In this document: positions 1 through 9,906 of the stretch, one piece after another
How the letters are laid out: every line of letters begins with the position of its first letter
Numbering within the stretch: the first letter of the stretch is position 1
IMG/VR virus record: IMGVR_UViG_3300043409_001033
Span: 10,193-74,192 of that record
Strand: one strand, 5' to 3'
From: a virus
DNA: 64,000 nt
The notes under the pieces: model-generated
Seen by the model: only the letters and a program-made list of their open reading frames with translations
Told to the model about the DNA's origin: nothing
Databases searched by the model: none
Program-made: the position numbers and the translations under genes

Positions 1-1012
1 CATCCGAACCATTTTGTGTATCTAAAGCAATAACCCAAGCACTTTCATCGGGAATTGTGTAAGTCAAAGATGAGATTAGACAGGGTTGATTTTCTAAATA
101 ATCCCCAATAGTAATTTTGTGAAATGAGCCTCTTAGTTTATTTTTATAATAATCTCCGTAAGTACTTGAAGCCAATGTATTCAATTTTTGATACATCACT
201 TTCATTTCTTGTTTTGTATGAGAATATATTTTAAAAGTTAAACTAATTGTTCTATCGGTTTTTTGATAAGTATAAAAAGATTCTCCTCTACCCATATAAC
301 TAAATGAATTATGTTCGGGAGAATAAGAATCGGATATTCCTGTTAAATTGGCTCTAAATACTAAATAATTACCAAAATTAGGATTATTATTATCTATTGT
401 TTGTATTCTAAATCTTACTAAATCTCTTGTTTGTTGTCTTAAATAATCAGTAGTAGGATTTGTAACATCGGTTGGAGAAATTCTACTATCAAAAAGTTTA
501 GTATCATTTGTTCCACCTAAAGGAAAGTTTGAGTAATAAGGTGGTAAATTACCTATGGTTTCATCAGTTACGCCTAATCCAACTCTTTTTTCAAGATTAA
601 ATTTTTTATAAGACTCTACATAAGGTTTATTGGTAACAGGATTGTTTAATCCTTCTACTTTAGCCCTAAAATCTTCCATAGAAATATCAGAACCATCATA
701 AGAAGTAATCTGTCTATATGACCAAGATAAACCATTATTTGCAGTTGATGGTGGCGAAGAAGGATTATTTCTTGTTACAACAGTATTTTGACTTTGATTA
801 AAGGTATCCTTTTGTTGTATAAAAATTTTATCAGCAATATCTTTCAAATCATCTCCTTTTAAAACAGGAAAAGTTTCATTTTTAGCAACTACTTCTTGTT
901 TTATTTTAGATAATGATGGATTTAAAGTATCAAGTAGTACTTTACTTGCTATAATTTCGGCAGTAACACGTCCATAATTAGTTGGTAAATTGTTTAATGA
1001 AATTATTGACAT
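1..1012 (-). CDS. Baseplate/tail-tube initiator-like protein (T4 gp48/gp54-like fold), 3'-truncated by the window edge; missing from the ORF track
   Basis: ATG at 1012 (MSIISLNNLPTNYGRV...) and open to the window start. Contains FRANLTGISDSYSPEHNSFSYMGRGESFYTYQKTDRTISLTFKIY, typical of tube-initiator-like proteins. Directly follows the tape measure gene. Confidence 0.7.
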   Translation of the reverse strand, partial: MSIISLNNLPTNYGRVTAEIIASKVLLDTLNPSLSKIKQEVVAKNETFPVLKGDDLKDIADKIFIQQKDTFNQSQNTVVTRNNPSSPPSTANNGLSWSYRQITSYDGSDISMEDFRAKVEGLNNPVTNKPYVESYKKFNLEKRVGLGVTDETIGNLPPYYSNFPLGGTNDTKLFDSRISPTDVTNPTTDYLRQQTRDLVRFRIQTIDNNNPNFGNYLVFRANLTGISDSYSPEHNSFSYMGRGESFYTYQKTDRTISLTFKIYSHTKQEMKVMYQKLNTLASSTYGDYYKNKLRGSFHKITIGDYLENQPCLISSLTYTIPDESAWVIALDTQNGSD

Positions 1013-1015
1013 TAT

Positions 1016-3526
1016 CTATTGATTATGGTTTGTTTTATTAAATGCTTGTTTTATTGGTAAAGAATCAATCTGAACTGTTGTATTTTTTCTCTTGGTTACT
1101 TCAATTAGTTCATCAATCTTTTTAGAAAACATTTCAAAATCACTCGTTGGTACTTTACCCGTTGGATATTGATATATACCTCTTTGTAATGGGTCTATTT
1201 CTTTATTCATTGATAATTTTGCCTTATATTCAACTGATTTTTCTCCTTTATTGCCTTTGATTGACTCTAATTCGGAAAGATTTTTTAACTGTTCTATGCC
1301 ATATTTACTTATTTCTTGTATTAGCGACTTATATTCATCACTATCTTTATTGACATTTGGTAATTTTCTCGATGCTATATTCTTTGCAAGATATTCTTTC
1401 TCATCTTTATCGCTAATAACACCGAAGAAATTTGCATAACTAACAAAACTATCTGCTAATTTGTCTAATATAGCTCCATCACCAAATATTTCCGCAATTT
1501 TTTCCTTAATTTTATTTAAAGTCTCTTCAAATTTTTGTTGAGCAGATAATTGGGATAGATTTTGTTGTCCGAGTTCTCCTAATTGTCTTATTTTTTCTTC
1601 TTGAGATAACAAACCATCGTTCATTATCTTAGAATATTTACTTTTAAATTCTTCGCTATGGGATAAAAAACTTCTTTGGTCTTCGGTAAACTTATTATTA
1701 CCAACTTTAATCAAAGTAGCGTTGATTTTTTGTTGATAAAGCATATCAATCATCTCTTTACGAGTATAACCCAATGCTTGAGCATACGATTGTTGTTGGA
1801 GAACATTCATATTAGTAAATTCATCGAATGAACCTACTTGAGATGTTATCTCTTTCATTAACGTAGCAGTATCGCCCATCAAACTTGCATAACGAGCCTT
1901 TTCAAGATTAATACTTTTACCAGTTATTAACTCAGCACTTAATTCAGCGTTAAGACTTGATTCAAAATCTAATAAAGACTCACTTATACTATCTATTTTC
2001 TCTAAAGTAGTACCTAATTCTTGTGCCTTTGTAACTGCTTTAGCAATCTCTCCATAATTTCCTTTAAAATTAGCTTTGATTTCACTTGAACTATGCAAAA
2101 CTTTTTCTAAAACACCTTTTACATTAGCTAAACCTTTGGATTGTAATACAATATTACCAATTATATCATTTTCTACTTTAGATATTTCTTGATTATTGTA
2201 TAAAGCATTTGAAATTAATTCATTATTGGCTTGTTGAGATAAACCAATTAGTTTATTATTTCTTACAATACTTTTTAAAAATTCTTCGGATAAATTTACA
2301 CTATAACCAAACTCGTCGTTGAATTTAATTTGAGATTTAATTAAATCATCAATATTTATTCCAAGTTCATTATTAAAAGATTCTAATCTATCATAAACTC
2401 CACCAATTTCATTCTTAGAAACGTTAAAAGATTTGGCTAAATCAGTTGCTCTACTATCGGCTTTAGCCATTAGTTCGACAATCTCTTTTAATAAAGCAAC
2501 ACTTCCTCCAACTAAACCCATTTTAACCAAACTACTATTTTCTATTAAAGAAGACGTTAAAGCAGTAGTTGTTCCTTGACCAGCTTTCATCTTTTGTGAC
2601 ATAGCATCACTCATAGCTCTAAAATCAATAATAGAACTTAATGGTGTATGTTGTAAAGATTTCAAAACTCTATCAATACCAGCAATACTTTTCTCGGTTT
2701 GTCGAGTTATATTGTAATATTTTTCAAACTGTTCGGTTATTTTCTTTATACCATCTTCTTGTAGAGTTAGTGAAGAAATAACATTAGTTGATTCTAATAT
2801 ATTATTTATTAATTCGGCTACATCTTTATCTCCATTAGATTTTTCTAATATCTCTTTTATAATATTAGCGGAAACTTGAGATTCTTTATCAAGTTTGGTT
2901 CTAATTGATTTTTCTTGTTTTTCAGATGTTGCGTTTGTTAATTCTTCTAATAGATTCTGATATTTGGCTCCTGATATTTCTAATTGTTTAGTTAGAGTTT
3001 CGTCTATTAAACCAGAACCGACAATACTTCCACTTGTTAGGAGTTTTTGTAATTCTACATAACCAGTTTTTAAAGATTTTTGAGCTTTTTCTTGCTCTTG
3101 AAATACTTTAGCAGATGATAATTCTAATTTAGATAATTCTTTTTTGATTTTTAGAGAATCCATTTCTCCTCTAACAATCTTATTAGTAAAATCTAATGTG
3201 TCGTCTAAAAAATGTAAATTTTTATTAGTTAAATCGTTGATATTTTTTCTTGTAGCTTCATCTGCTTTAGTATGTTTAAAAATCTCTTTGTTAAACTTTA
3301 AAATGTCATCAATATTATGTCTTTGTTTTGAATATAATTTACCTGCTTGCTCTAATGACTTATTAATATCAACATAAGACTTAGCCAATCTTTGATTTGC
3401 ATTAATCATTTTAACTACTTCTTCTACCGAAAGTTGCATATTTCTTGCTCCTTCGAGTATATCTTTCATTGCAGATAATGCTTCTATATCATATTTAACA
3501 CCTCCTATGGTTACTTGTTTAGCCAT
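1016..3526 (-). CDS. Tail tape measure protein
   Basis: 836 aa, helical/coiled-coil. Motif SLLDFESSLNAELSAELITGKSINLEKAR. Canonical position after tube and chaperones. Confidence 0.85.
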   Translation of the reverse strand: MAKQVTIGGVKYDIEALSAMKDILEGARNMQLSVEEVVKMINANQRLAKSYVDINKSLEQAGKLYSKQRHNIDDILKFNKEIFKHTKADEATRKNINDLTNKNLHFLDDTLDFTNKIVRGEMDSLKIKKELSKLELSSAKVFQEQEKAQKSLKTGYVELQKLLTSGSIVGSGLIDETLTKQLEISGAKYQNLLEELTNATSEKQEKSIRTKLDKESQVSANIIKEILEKSNGDKDVAELINNILESTNVISSLTLQEDGIKKITEQFEKYYNITRQTEKSIAGIDRVLKSLQHTPLSSIIDFRAMSDAMSQKMKAGQGTTTALTSSLIENSSLVKMGLVGGSVALLKEIVELMAKADSRATDLAKSFNVSKNEIGGVYDRLESFNNELGINIDDLIKSQIKFNDEFGYSVNLSEEFLKSIVRNNKLIGLSQQANNELISNALYNNQEISKVENDIIGNIVLQSKGLANVKGVLEKVLHSSSEIKANFKGNYGEIAKAVTKAQELGTTLEKIDSISESLLDFESSLNAELSAELITGKSINLEKARYASLMGDTATLMKEITSQVGSFDEFTNMNVLQQQSYAQALGYTRKEMIDMLYQQKINATLIKVGNNKFTEDQRSFLSHSEEFKSKYSKIMNDGLLSQEEKIRQLGELGQQNLSQLSAQQKFEETLNKIKEKIAEIFGDGAILDKLADSFVSYANFFGVISDKDEKEYLAKNIASRKLPNVNKDSDEYKSLIQEISKYGIEQLKNLSELESIKGNKGEKSVEYKAKLSMNKEIDPLQRGIYQYPTGKVPTSDFEMFSKKIDELIEVTKRKNTTVQIDSLPIKQAFNKTNHNQ

Positions 3527-3807
3527 TAACGTACTTTAGGTGAATTGAAAGGAGTAGCATTTTTATACTTACTCGCTAATTTGTTTAATTGTTTGGTACT
3601 TACATTTTCAGTTAATCTATTTGGATTAGCTTCAATCATAGAATCTTCTAATCTTTCTTTGATTGCGTTTAATTCCATCTTTCTAACCGATACAGGCATA
3701 TAATTTATTACATAAAAATCAGTAAAACCTTTTCCATAAAATAATAAATCCCTTATCTCTTGTTTAACCGATTTTCGGTACTCGTTTGATGTCATAAAAC
3801 AAGTCAA
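3526..3807 (-). CDS. Tail assembly chaperone, second ('T') frame; probably reached by frameshift from the upstream ORF or started at ATG 3795
   Basis: Overlaps the upstream chaperone ORF by 44 nt in the +1 frame and lies immediately before the TMP; ...VINYMPVSVRK motif. Confidence 0.65.
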   Translation of the reverse strand: MTCFMTSNEYRKSVKQEIRDLLFYGKGFTDFYVINYMPVSVRKMELNAIKERLEDSMIEANPNRLTENVSTKQLNKLASKYKNATPFNSPKVR

Positions 3808-4513
3808 TATAGCGAAAGGGAATAGTATGTTCCTCCCCTCCTTCGGAGTCTTTCACTCTAATATCAACTTCGGGTGAAATTTCATTATGAAATAAAATAA
3901 TCTCTCTAACATCTATACCAACTAATTTATTTGAAATAAAATTTTCAATAGTTTCTTTTGAATAATCTTTATCAACCGATGTTATAATCTTTTTTAATTT
4001 TAATTGTCTATCAAAATTTTCTTCGGGAAATAATTCTCTTAGTCTATTTGCTTCTTCTTCAATTTCAATTAAATCTCCATGTGTCAAAAGTTTAATTGTA
4101 ATATTTATTCCCGACCACGGTAATTCAAAAGGAATTTCATTTGAATTATTAAATAAAGATTCATTAAAAGGTTTGTTTGGTAATTTTGTTAAATCTACTC
4201 TTAGTGGTTTACCTTTATATTCATAATCTACAATATGACCATAAGATAAAATTCTTGAAGCCAATAGCAATTGAAATCTATCTCCTTCTATTAAATCATT
4301 GATATTAATATCTTTATCAACAATCAATGACTGACAAAATTTATCCAACGTATATTGAATACCTCTATTAATATAGTTAATATTAGTTAATATATCTTCG
4401 TGAAAAGCTGTCATATATCTCATATCAACATATCCTTTTGATAAAGGGTTTGATTTAGGATATACTAATCCTTTACTCGGTAAGTCGATTCTTTCTGTTT
4501 GAAACGGTAACAT
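3764..4513 (-). CDS. Tail assembly chaperone / baseplate hub assembly protein (T4 gp26-like)
   Basis: LPSKGLVYP...MRYMTAFHEDILTN...DLIEGDR..LLLASRILSYG...ELPWSG motifs; between tube and TMP. Confidence 0.75.
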   Translation of the reverse strand: MLPFQTERIDLPSKGLVYPKSNPLSKGYVDMRYMTAFHEDILTNINYINRGIQYTLDKFCQSLIVDKDININDLIEGDRFQLLLASRILSYGHIVDYEYKGKPLRVDLTKLPNKPFNESLFNNSNEIPFELPWSGINITIKLLTHGDLIEIEEEANRLRELFPEENFDRQLKLKKIITSVDKDYSKETIENFISNKLVGIDVREIILFHNEISPEVDIRVKDSEGGEEHTIPFRYIDLFYDIKRVPKIG

Positions 4514-4531
4514 AATGGTAGTTCTTTTTAT

Positions 4532-4540
4532 TATAAATAT
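4532..4540 (-). promoter_or_regulatory. Putative late promoter ATATTTATA
   Basis: Motif recurs just upstream of 13 genes in the window. Confidence 0.65.
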
Positions 4541-4569
4541 CTAAAAGTTTTAATTTGGTATAAGTATAT

Positions 4570-4602
4570 AAAAAAATATCCCACCTCAAGGAAGTGGGTA
4601 TT
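4570..4602 (-). terminator. Rho-independent terminator after the tail tube gene
   Basis: CCCACTTC-CTT-GAGGTGGG hairpin followed by ATATTTTTTT on the minus strand. Confidence 0.7.
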
Positions 4603-4631
4603 TAAAAAGAAAGAAGAATTACCAAAAATTT

Positions 4632-5117
4632 TTAGAAATCTAAATTAGACCAGTCAACAGAAATATCTAATGTAATATCTACTTTAGCGTCTTCTGCTTT
4701 ACTATAATCTGCTCCTGTAATTGTTTTAATCCAACATCCATAACAAGTCCATTGTTGAACTACTGTACCCAAACCATCTACAATTTGAACCGTGATTGTT
4801 TTTTTATACGTATCAGCATATCCCTTTAGTCCTGTTGGTCTTTCAGCTTGCAATCTATGCCATGTGTATACTAATTGCATAGTTGAAGGTAGGATTGCTT
4901 GATATAAAGTTAAAGACATATCTGTATAAGTTGTTCTTCCTGCAACTTTTTCAGAAGTGTTTATTTGTTGTATTTCAATTTGAGAAGTAACTGGTTGTGG
5001 TATTGTTACGGCTTGAACTAAAAATGGAGGAATACCATCAATCAATACTTGAAATCTTGATTTCTGTAAAGGTTCGATAGGTAAGCCCAAAAGTTCGTTA
5101 TTTGTTAATGTTGCCAT
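4632..5117 (-). CDS. gp19: Tail tube protein (T4 gp19-like)
   Basis: 161 aa; EPLQKSRF...KVAGRTTY.D..LTLY...W...YKKTI.....D..G.VVQQW...GCW motifs; follows sheath. Confidence 0.9.
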   Translation of the reverse strand: MATLTNNELLGLPIEPLQKSRFQVLIDGIPPFLVQAVTIPQPVTSQIEIQQINTSEKVAGRTTYTDMSLTLYQAILPSTMQLVYTWHRLQAERPTGLKGYADTYKKTITVQIVDGLGTVVQQWTCYGCWIKTITGADYSKAEDAKVDITLDISVDWSNLDF

Positions 5118-5136
5118 TGATGAAGTTTCTTTTATT

Positions 5137-5145
5137 TATAAATAT
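5137..5145 (-). promoter_or_regulatory. Putative late promoter ATATTTATA
   Basis: Recurrent motif, about 20 nt upstream of the tube ATG. Confidence 0.65.
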
Positions 5146-5169
5146 AGAAATCGTAAAATTTATTAATCA

Positions 5170-6873
5170 TTAAGCAAGCACAGCACCAGTTTCTCTAAGA
5201 ACAAGATTGAACACAATTTTTTCAATTGCTTTAATTGGAATCAATTCAATTTTGATTTGAATTTCTCCTCTATCTATTGTCTCAGGTGAATCATCAATTG
5301 TAGTTGAATAAGCACTAATACCGTAGTCTTTGATTAGTTTTTCTAAATAAGCATTAATATCATTTTTAAGTGAAATTATTGTTTTTCCAGATGCTTGTTC
5401 TTCAATATACTTATTACCAATTACTGTTAAATTAAACTTAGCTTCAATTAACATTAATCTTACATTGTTTTTATCTAATACAGTTTGTTTTTTCTGTAAA
5501 GTATTTTGACCTAAAACAACGTAATCATAAGCAGGATGTTTTGAAATAAAGTTTACGTTTCCTTTATTTAAGGCATCTTTTTGTTTTTCCGAAAGTTTTA
5601 CTTGAGAAGTAACAACAGACGATAAACTACCGTTATTATAACCAGCAGGAGCATAAAATGGTTGTTTGTATTTTTTAATATAAGCATAAACGCCAGCAAC
5701 AACCGTAGATGGAGTTACCCATACGTTTTTATTTAATCCTGTTGAGGGAATTTGTACGTGGTTGTAATATAATGTTCCATAATTACTATCATACAGGCTT
5801 GCAACAGAAATTGCATCAGTATCTTTTCTACCATAAGAAACAGCATCACCTACTAATAAAGCATCTCCTCTACCTTCTACCATACCTAATGCTTTAGTGA
5901 ATATCGCAGGATGAGTTTCAGCACTTATACCAGATAAGAATAACAAATTAAATTGGAAATCATCTTTATTTGATAATAAGTCAATTGCAGTGTCATAAGC
6001 AGTTGTTGTTGAATCATATCCTTGTGAGTTACTACCAGAAATATTTTCAAAAAATGCTTGTGGATGAGTAATCTTTCCATCCGAACCACCAGAGAAACTA
6101 CCAGATGAATTAGCAGGTAACGAACCACTTAATAAAGGATTCACGTTTCCAGCATTATCAAAATAATTTGGTGTTTTTTGTAAAACAGAAGAAATTCTAA
6201 TAAATTTAGATTTATTTGGATAAGAACCAGATTTATTAAGAATTTTGTTTACAGAATCATACACATAAACACTATCTCCAATTTTATTTGAAATATAATC
6301 AGTAGAGGTTGGGTCTAATGATAAATTATCAAATTGTTCTAATACAATCGGTTTTTTAGCATTATCATCTCCTCTACGAACAAGCAACGAGAACGTTCCT
6401 CTCGAAGTATCAGAATTAGCAACTTCCCATCTAATATTATCAACTGTTCCAAGTGTCAGAGAACCAGAACTATTAGCAATCTCAGAACCAGAATTATTCA
6501 AAATAGAACCATCGTTCAATGTTTCGATAATGAATGAAGCAGAAGTATTTGGAGAAGTAACAGTTGAAGTAGCAGGAGAATAAGAACCAGATTTGATAGG
6601 AACAACCAATAAAGTATCTCCACCATTGTTGAAATATTCTTTAGCTAATAATGAACCTTGATATTCATAATAATCAGAACCAGATTTAAAGGTTGTTCCA
6701 AAAAAATCAGCAAATTGTTGATATGAAGTTACAGAAGTAGGAACAAATGCTTTACCTTTAACCGTAGGTGTTACAACGCAAGCACCGATTGTAATATTAC
6801 CAGATGAATATGCAGTTAAATCGGTTTCGGTGAAATATACGCCAGACGCTTTATTTATATATGATACAGACAT
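5170..6873 (-). CDS. gp18: Contractile tail sheath protein (T4 gp18-like)
   Basis: SGVYFTETD N-terminus, PFYAPAG, GQNTLQ...LDKNNVRL, PIKAIEKI C-terminal sheath motifs. Confidence 0.92.
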   Translation of the reverse strand: MSVSYINKASGVYFTETDLTAYSSGNITIGACVVTPTVKGKAFVPTSVTSYQQFADFFGTTFKSGSDYYEYQGSLLAKEYFNNGGDTLLVVPIKSGSYSPATSTVTSPNTSASFIIETLNDGSILNNSGSEIANSSGSLTLGTVDNIRWEVANSDTSRGTFSLLVRRGDDNAKKPIVLEQFDNLSLDPTSTDYISNKIGDSVYVYDSVNKILNKSGSYPNKSKFIRISSVLQKTPNYFDNAGNVNPLLSGSLPANSSGSFSGGSDGKITHPQAFFENISGSNSQGYDSTTTAYDTAIDLLSNKDDFQFNLLFLSGISAETHPAIFTKALGMVEGRGDALLVGDAVSYGRKDTDAISVASLYDSNYGTLYYNHVQIPSTGLNKNVWVTPSTVVAGVYAYIKKYKQPFYAPAGYNNGSLSSVVTSQVKLSEKQKDALNKGNVNFISKHPAYDYVVLGQNTLQKKQTVLDKNNVRLMLIEAKFNLTVIGNKYIEEQASGKTIISLKNDINAYLEKLIKDYGISAYSTTIDDSPETIDRGEIQIKIELIPIKAIEKIVFNLVLRETGAVLA

Positions 6874-7016
6874 TTATGTATTTTTTAATTATATATATGA
6901 GAAAAACAAGAAAAATTCAAACTTTCTTTAAAAGTTTATAAAGATTCTTTATTTAATTATATTTTCTCTATATAAATTATAAAAACTACCTAAAATTATG
7001 AGTAAAATAAGTTGTA

Positions 7017-7814
7017 TCATAAAGGAACTACTGTTTCGGTAATCTTAATTGAAGTTGGTGTATATTTTTTTCCTACTTGATTTATTTCTCTAATTTGAAC
7101 AGATGGAACTATATGTCCATGAATTGTTAATGAAAAATCAGTTTTGATTAATCTTTCATTTTCAACTGAAATATCAGAAGAATCTGAAAATGATTCTATA
7201 TTTGTTTTGAATGAAAAACTATTTGGTTTACCCCAATATGAATTAGAAGAATATAATAATGATTCAACTATTTTGTTCATGTTTTCAACAAAATTAGTCA
7301 ATATAATTCCATTATAAGTAATGGTTAAATAATCAGGAACCGTTACGGTATAAGTTTCTATTTGTGGTTTTCTAAACTTAGAAAATCTATCATAAATATT
7401 CTTCTCAGAATAGGCTCTATTGAACGTAAATTGACTAAGTGGAACATTACCATCAACCTTATTAATAAAGTCTCTATTAGGCGTTATTGAGTCTCTATTA
7501 AGGACAATTATTGGAACTAATATTTTATCATTTTTATCACGATAATAACCATCGGTTTGAATAGCTTTCCAAACCTCTTGATTACCTATAATTATAGGAA
7601 CTTTAATAATAGTTCCATTTTGAACTATTTGAGGTTTTATTATATTATTTATATAATATAGGATTGCATCATCATGGGTAATTAAATCTACATTTAATCT
7701 TTCAAGAGTAGAATCGTCTTTAGTAGATATATCATTTGCTCTATCCGAGTATTTATCTACTTGTGAGATAGTGTCTTGTTGAACCGATATATTTTGTAAT
7801 AACTTCTTTGCCAT
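7017..7814 (-). CDS. Tail terminator / sheath stabiliser (T4 gp15-like)
   Basis: KVPIIIG..E.W...Q.DG.YRD...KI.VPII motif; position between neck and sheath. Confidence 0.7.
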   Translation of the reverse strand: MAKKLLQNISVQQDTISQVDKYSDRANDISTKDDSTLERLNVDLITHDDAILYYINNIIKPQIVQNGTIIKVPIIIGNQEVWKAIQTDGYYRDKNDKILVPIIVLNRDSITPNRDFINKVDGNVPLSQFTFNRAYSEKNIYDRFSKFRKPQIETYTVTVPDYLTITYNGIILTNFVENMNKIVESLLYSSNSYWGKPNSFSFKTNIESFSDSSDISVENERLIKTDFSLTIHGHIVPSVQIREINQVGKKYTPTSIKITETVVPL

Positions 7815-7819
7815 TTTAA

Positions 7820-8314
7820 TTAGATTCTTGAAGATGTAATATTTAATTTCTCAGGAGAAATATATACAAAAGTTGTACTTACCGAAATACTTTCTCCATA
7901 ATTTGATAAATATTCATCTCCATAATTATAAACAGGATTTTTTCCTGCTATATATTGATTTTCATTAGACATTTTTAATTCATAATAATCATCGTTCCAA
8001 ACAATAACATCTCCTAATTCGGGAAATATATCTTTTTCTTTTAGATGGTCTTTTAAAAAATCAATTTGAAGAGTACGTGCCGTGTCGGGCATTGATGAAT
8101 TAATAGTATTTTGAAATTCTCCATGGTTAATAACACAATAAACTAAAACAGGTGGATACCAAGATTTATTTAAAGATTCTCCATAAATATTAGTTGGGGA
8201 TTCTTCAACAATTAATTTATAATAACCAACTTGTTGTTCCATGATATTTTCTATCACTTCTTTGTTGATATGTTTAAATAAATTTATATCTCTACTTGAA
8301 CCAAATAATGCCAT
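7820..8314 (-). CDS. Neck/head-closure protein (T4 gp14-like)
   Basis: TNIYGES...FPELGDVIVWNDDYYE motif; follows the gp13-like gene. Confidence 0.7.
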   Translation of the reverse strand: MALFGSSRDINLFKHINKEVIENIMEQQVGYYKLIVEESPTNIYGESLNKSWYPPVLVYCVINHGEFQNTINSSMPDTARTLQIDFLKDHLKEKDIFPELGDVIVWNDDYYELKMSNENQYIAGKNPVYNYGDEYLSNYGESISVSTTFVYISPEKLNITSSRI

Positions 8315-8655
8315 TATTGTATTTTTGTAATATTGTTTGGATTATAATCTATTCTATATAAACCAACTATTTTATTAAAATCACTACTTCCTCTTAAAGC
8401 CATGTTTCTAATAATTTTAAAATCTTTTTGAGGATTTGTATTAGAAATAAATTTTACATTAGCAAAGCTAAATCCAATTGTGTCGGTTTCCTTTGAATTT
8501 AGATAATCCGAATCTTTTGGTTTAACAATTACTACATTAGGAATCCCTCTTAAATTATTAAATATGTCGGCTCTATCTACTTGTTTATCTACTTTTATAA
8601 GAATCTTTACTTGATATAAATTTAAAGATTCTTTGATTAAATTTGCTATTTTCAT
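8314..8655 (-). CDS. Hypothetical virion/head protein
   Basis: 113 aa ORF coupled within the neck operon; N-terminal LIKE|S putative protease site. Confidence 0.55.
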   Translation of the reverse strand: MKIANLIKESLNLYQVKILIKVDKQVDRADIFNNLRGIPNVVIVKPKDSDYLNSKETDTIGFSFANVKFISNTNPQKDFKIIRNMALRGSSDFNKIVGLYRIDYNPNNITKIQ

Positions 8656-8659
8656 TATT

Positions 8660-9862
8660 TTATTTAATATAAAATGGTAATGGAATATTTGCTAAAGTTT
8701 GAGATACCGACGATGCTTCTGCTTGTTGTCTTTCCAATTGATTTTTTCTTGAGGTTGCTTCTAACATTTCACGTAATTGTTGAAGTAAATCATCTCTTCT
8801 TTTATTGGCTTCGGTTATTAAATCTTGACTATTTAATTGTAATGTTTGCCCATCTTTTACATAAGGAATACCATTGGTAAATTTACCACGAATCATTGCA
8901 AGCATTTTCATCGAATACGCACAAGTCATATTAAATATCCAATCTTTACCTGTTGAGTTTATTGAAGAATAGGTGATATTTCCAATAGGAATATTTGAAA
9001 TATTTGATACAAATGGATTGGTTTGAGTTGGTGGAGTTGAACCACTTTGATTATAAACATAATCATAATTTGCATCTCGTTCACTTGTTTTAATATATTC
9101 AAACCAATATTTACCCGATACTAATGGAATAGGCTGAATGGTTAAAACATTATTTCTTAATTCAAATGTATAAGAACTTCTTCTAATTTCATCGTTAAAT
9201 TCAATAGCTTGGATTCTCATTGCATCATAGTTCATAGGCATTAATAAATAATTAACACCTACGTAAGAATCTCCGTAACCAAACCCATCTAAGAAGTTAG
9301 CAGTAGCAAGACCACCTGCCATAGTTGGGTCTAAAAATCTTGTAACAGCAGGACTTCTTTGATAAAATAATCTTTTGATTTCTATGGAGTCATCGGGATT
9401 TAAACTACCCGAAGCAATAGCCCATTGCTTTAAATCGTATGTTTGTTGTCCTGCTACAACGTCAATATGACCTTTGTGATAAGTAACATTCCCACCCGAA
9501 CCTGCTTCTGAACCGTAAGTTTTAGCTATTCTGATTATATTTCCTAAAGATGGGGTTATTTTAACATTATTAATGTCAAATGAAGAATCATTAGGTATAG
9601 GACTATTTTCAAAATTTATATAATTATCTCTTATCTTGAAGTTATTTACTTCACGAGAATATTCAAGAGTAGCTTGTTCAAAGGCATTATAAAAATGAAT
9701 GTCTTGTAGTTCAACATCCATTATAGGGTATCCTAATTGAAATGCACAATATCTTGCTACTTTATCGGCATCACTTGCAAATTGAGGGTCATTATCGTAA
9801 ATACCTCTTGCAGTCTTACCTGCCGAAAAAGTTGAGCTACCTGACCAAACAATTATTTCCAT
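8660..9862 (-). CDS. Neck/head-tail adaptor protein (T4 gp13-like)
   Basis: LGYPIMDVELQD...IRGKF...IP....LQLNSQDLITEA motifs characteristic of gp13-like adaptors. Confidence 0.8.
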   Translation of the reverse strand: MEIIVWSGSSTFSAGKTARGIYDNDPQFASDADKVARYCAFQLGYPIMDVELQDIHFYNAFEQATLEYSREVNNFKIRDNYINFENSPIPNDSSFDINNVKITPSLGNIIRIAKTYGSEAGSGGNVTYHKGHIDVVAGQQTYDLKQWAIASGSLNPDDSIEIKRLFYQRSPAVTRFLDPTMAGGLATANFLDGFGYGDSYVGVNYLLMPMNYDAMRIQAIEFNDEIRRSSYTFELRNNVLTIQPIPLVSGKYWFEYIKTSERDANYDYVYNQSGSTPPTQTNPFVSNISNIPIGNITYSSINSTGKDWIFNMTCAYSMKMLAMIRGKFTNGIPYVKDGQTLQLNSQDLITEANKRRDDLLQQLREMLEATSRKNQLERQQAEASSVSQTLANIPLPFYIK

Positions 9863-9875
9863 ACTTACTTTTATT

Positions 9876-9884
9876 TATAAATAT
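9876..9884 (-). promoter_or_regulatory. Putative late promoter ATATTTATA
   Basis: Recurrent motif upstream of the neck gene. Confidence 0.65.
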
Positions 9885-9906
9885 GGAAATAATTGAATTT
9901 GTAAAG

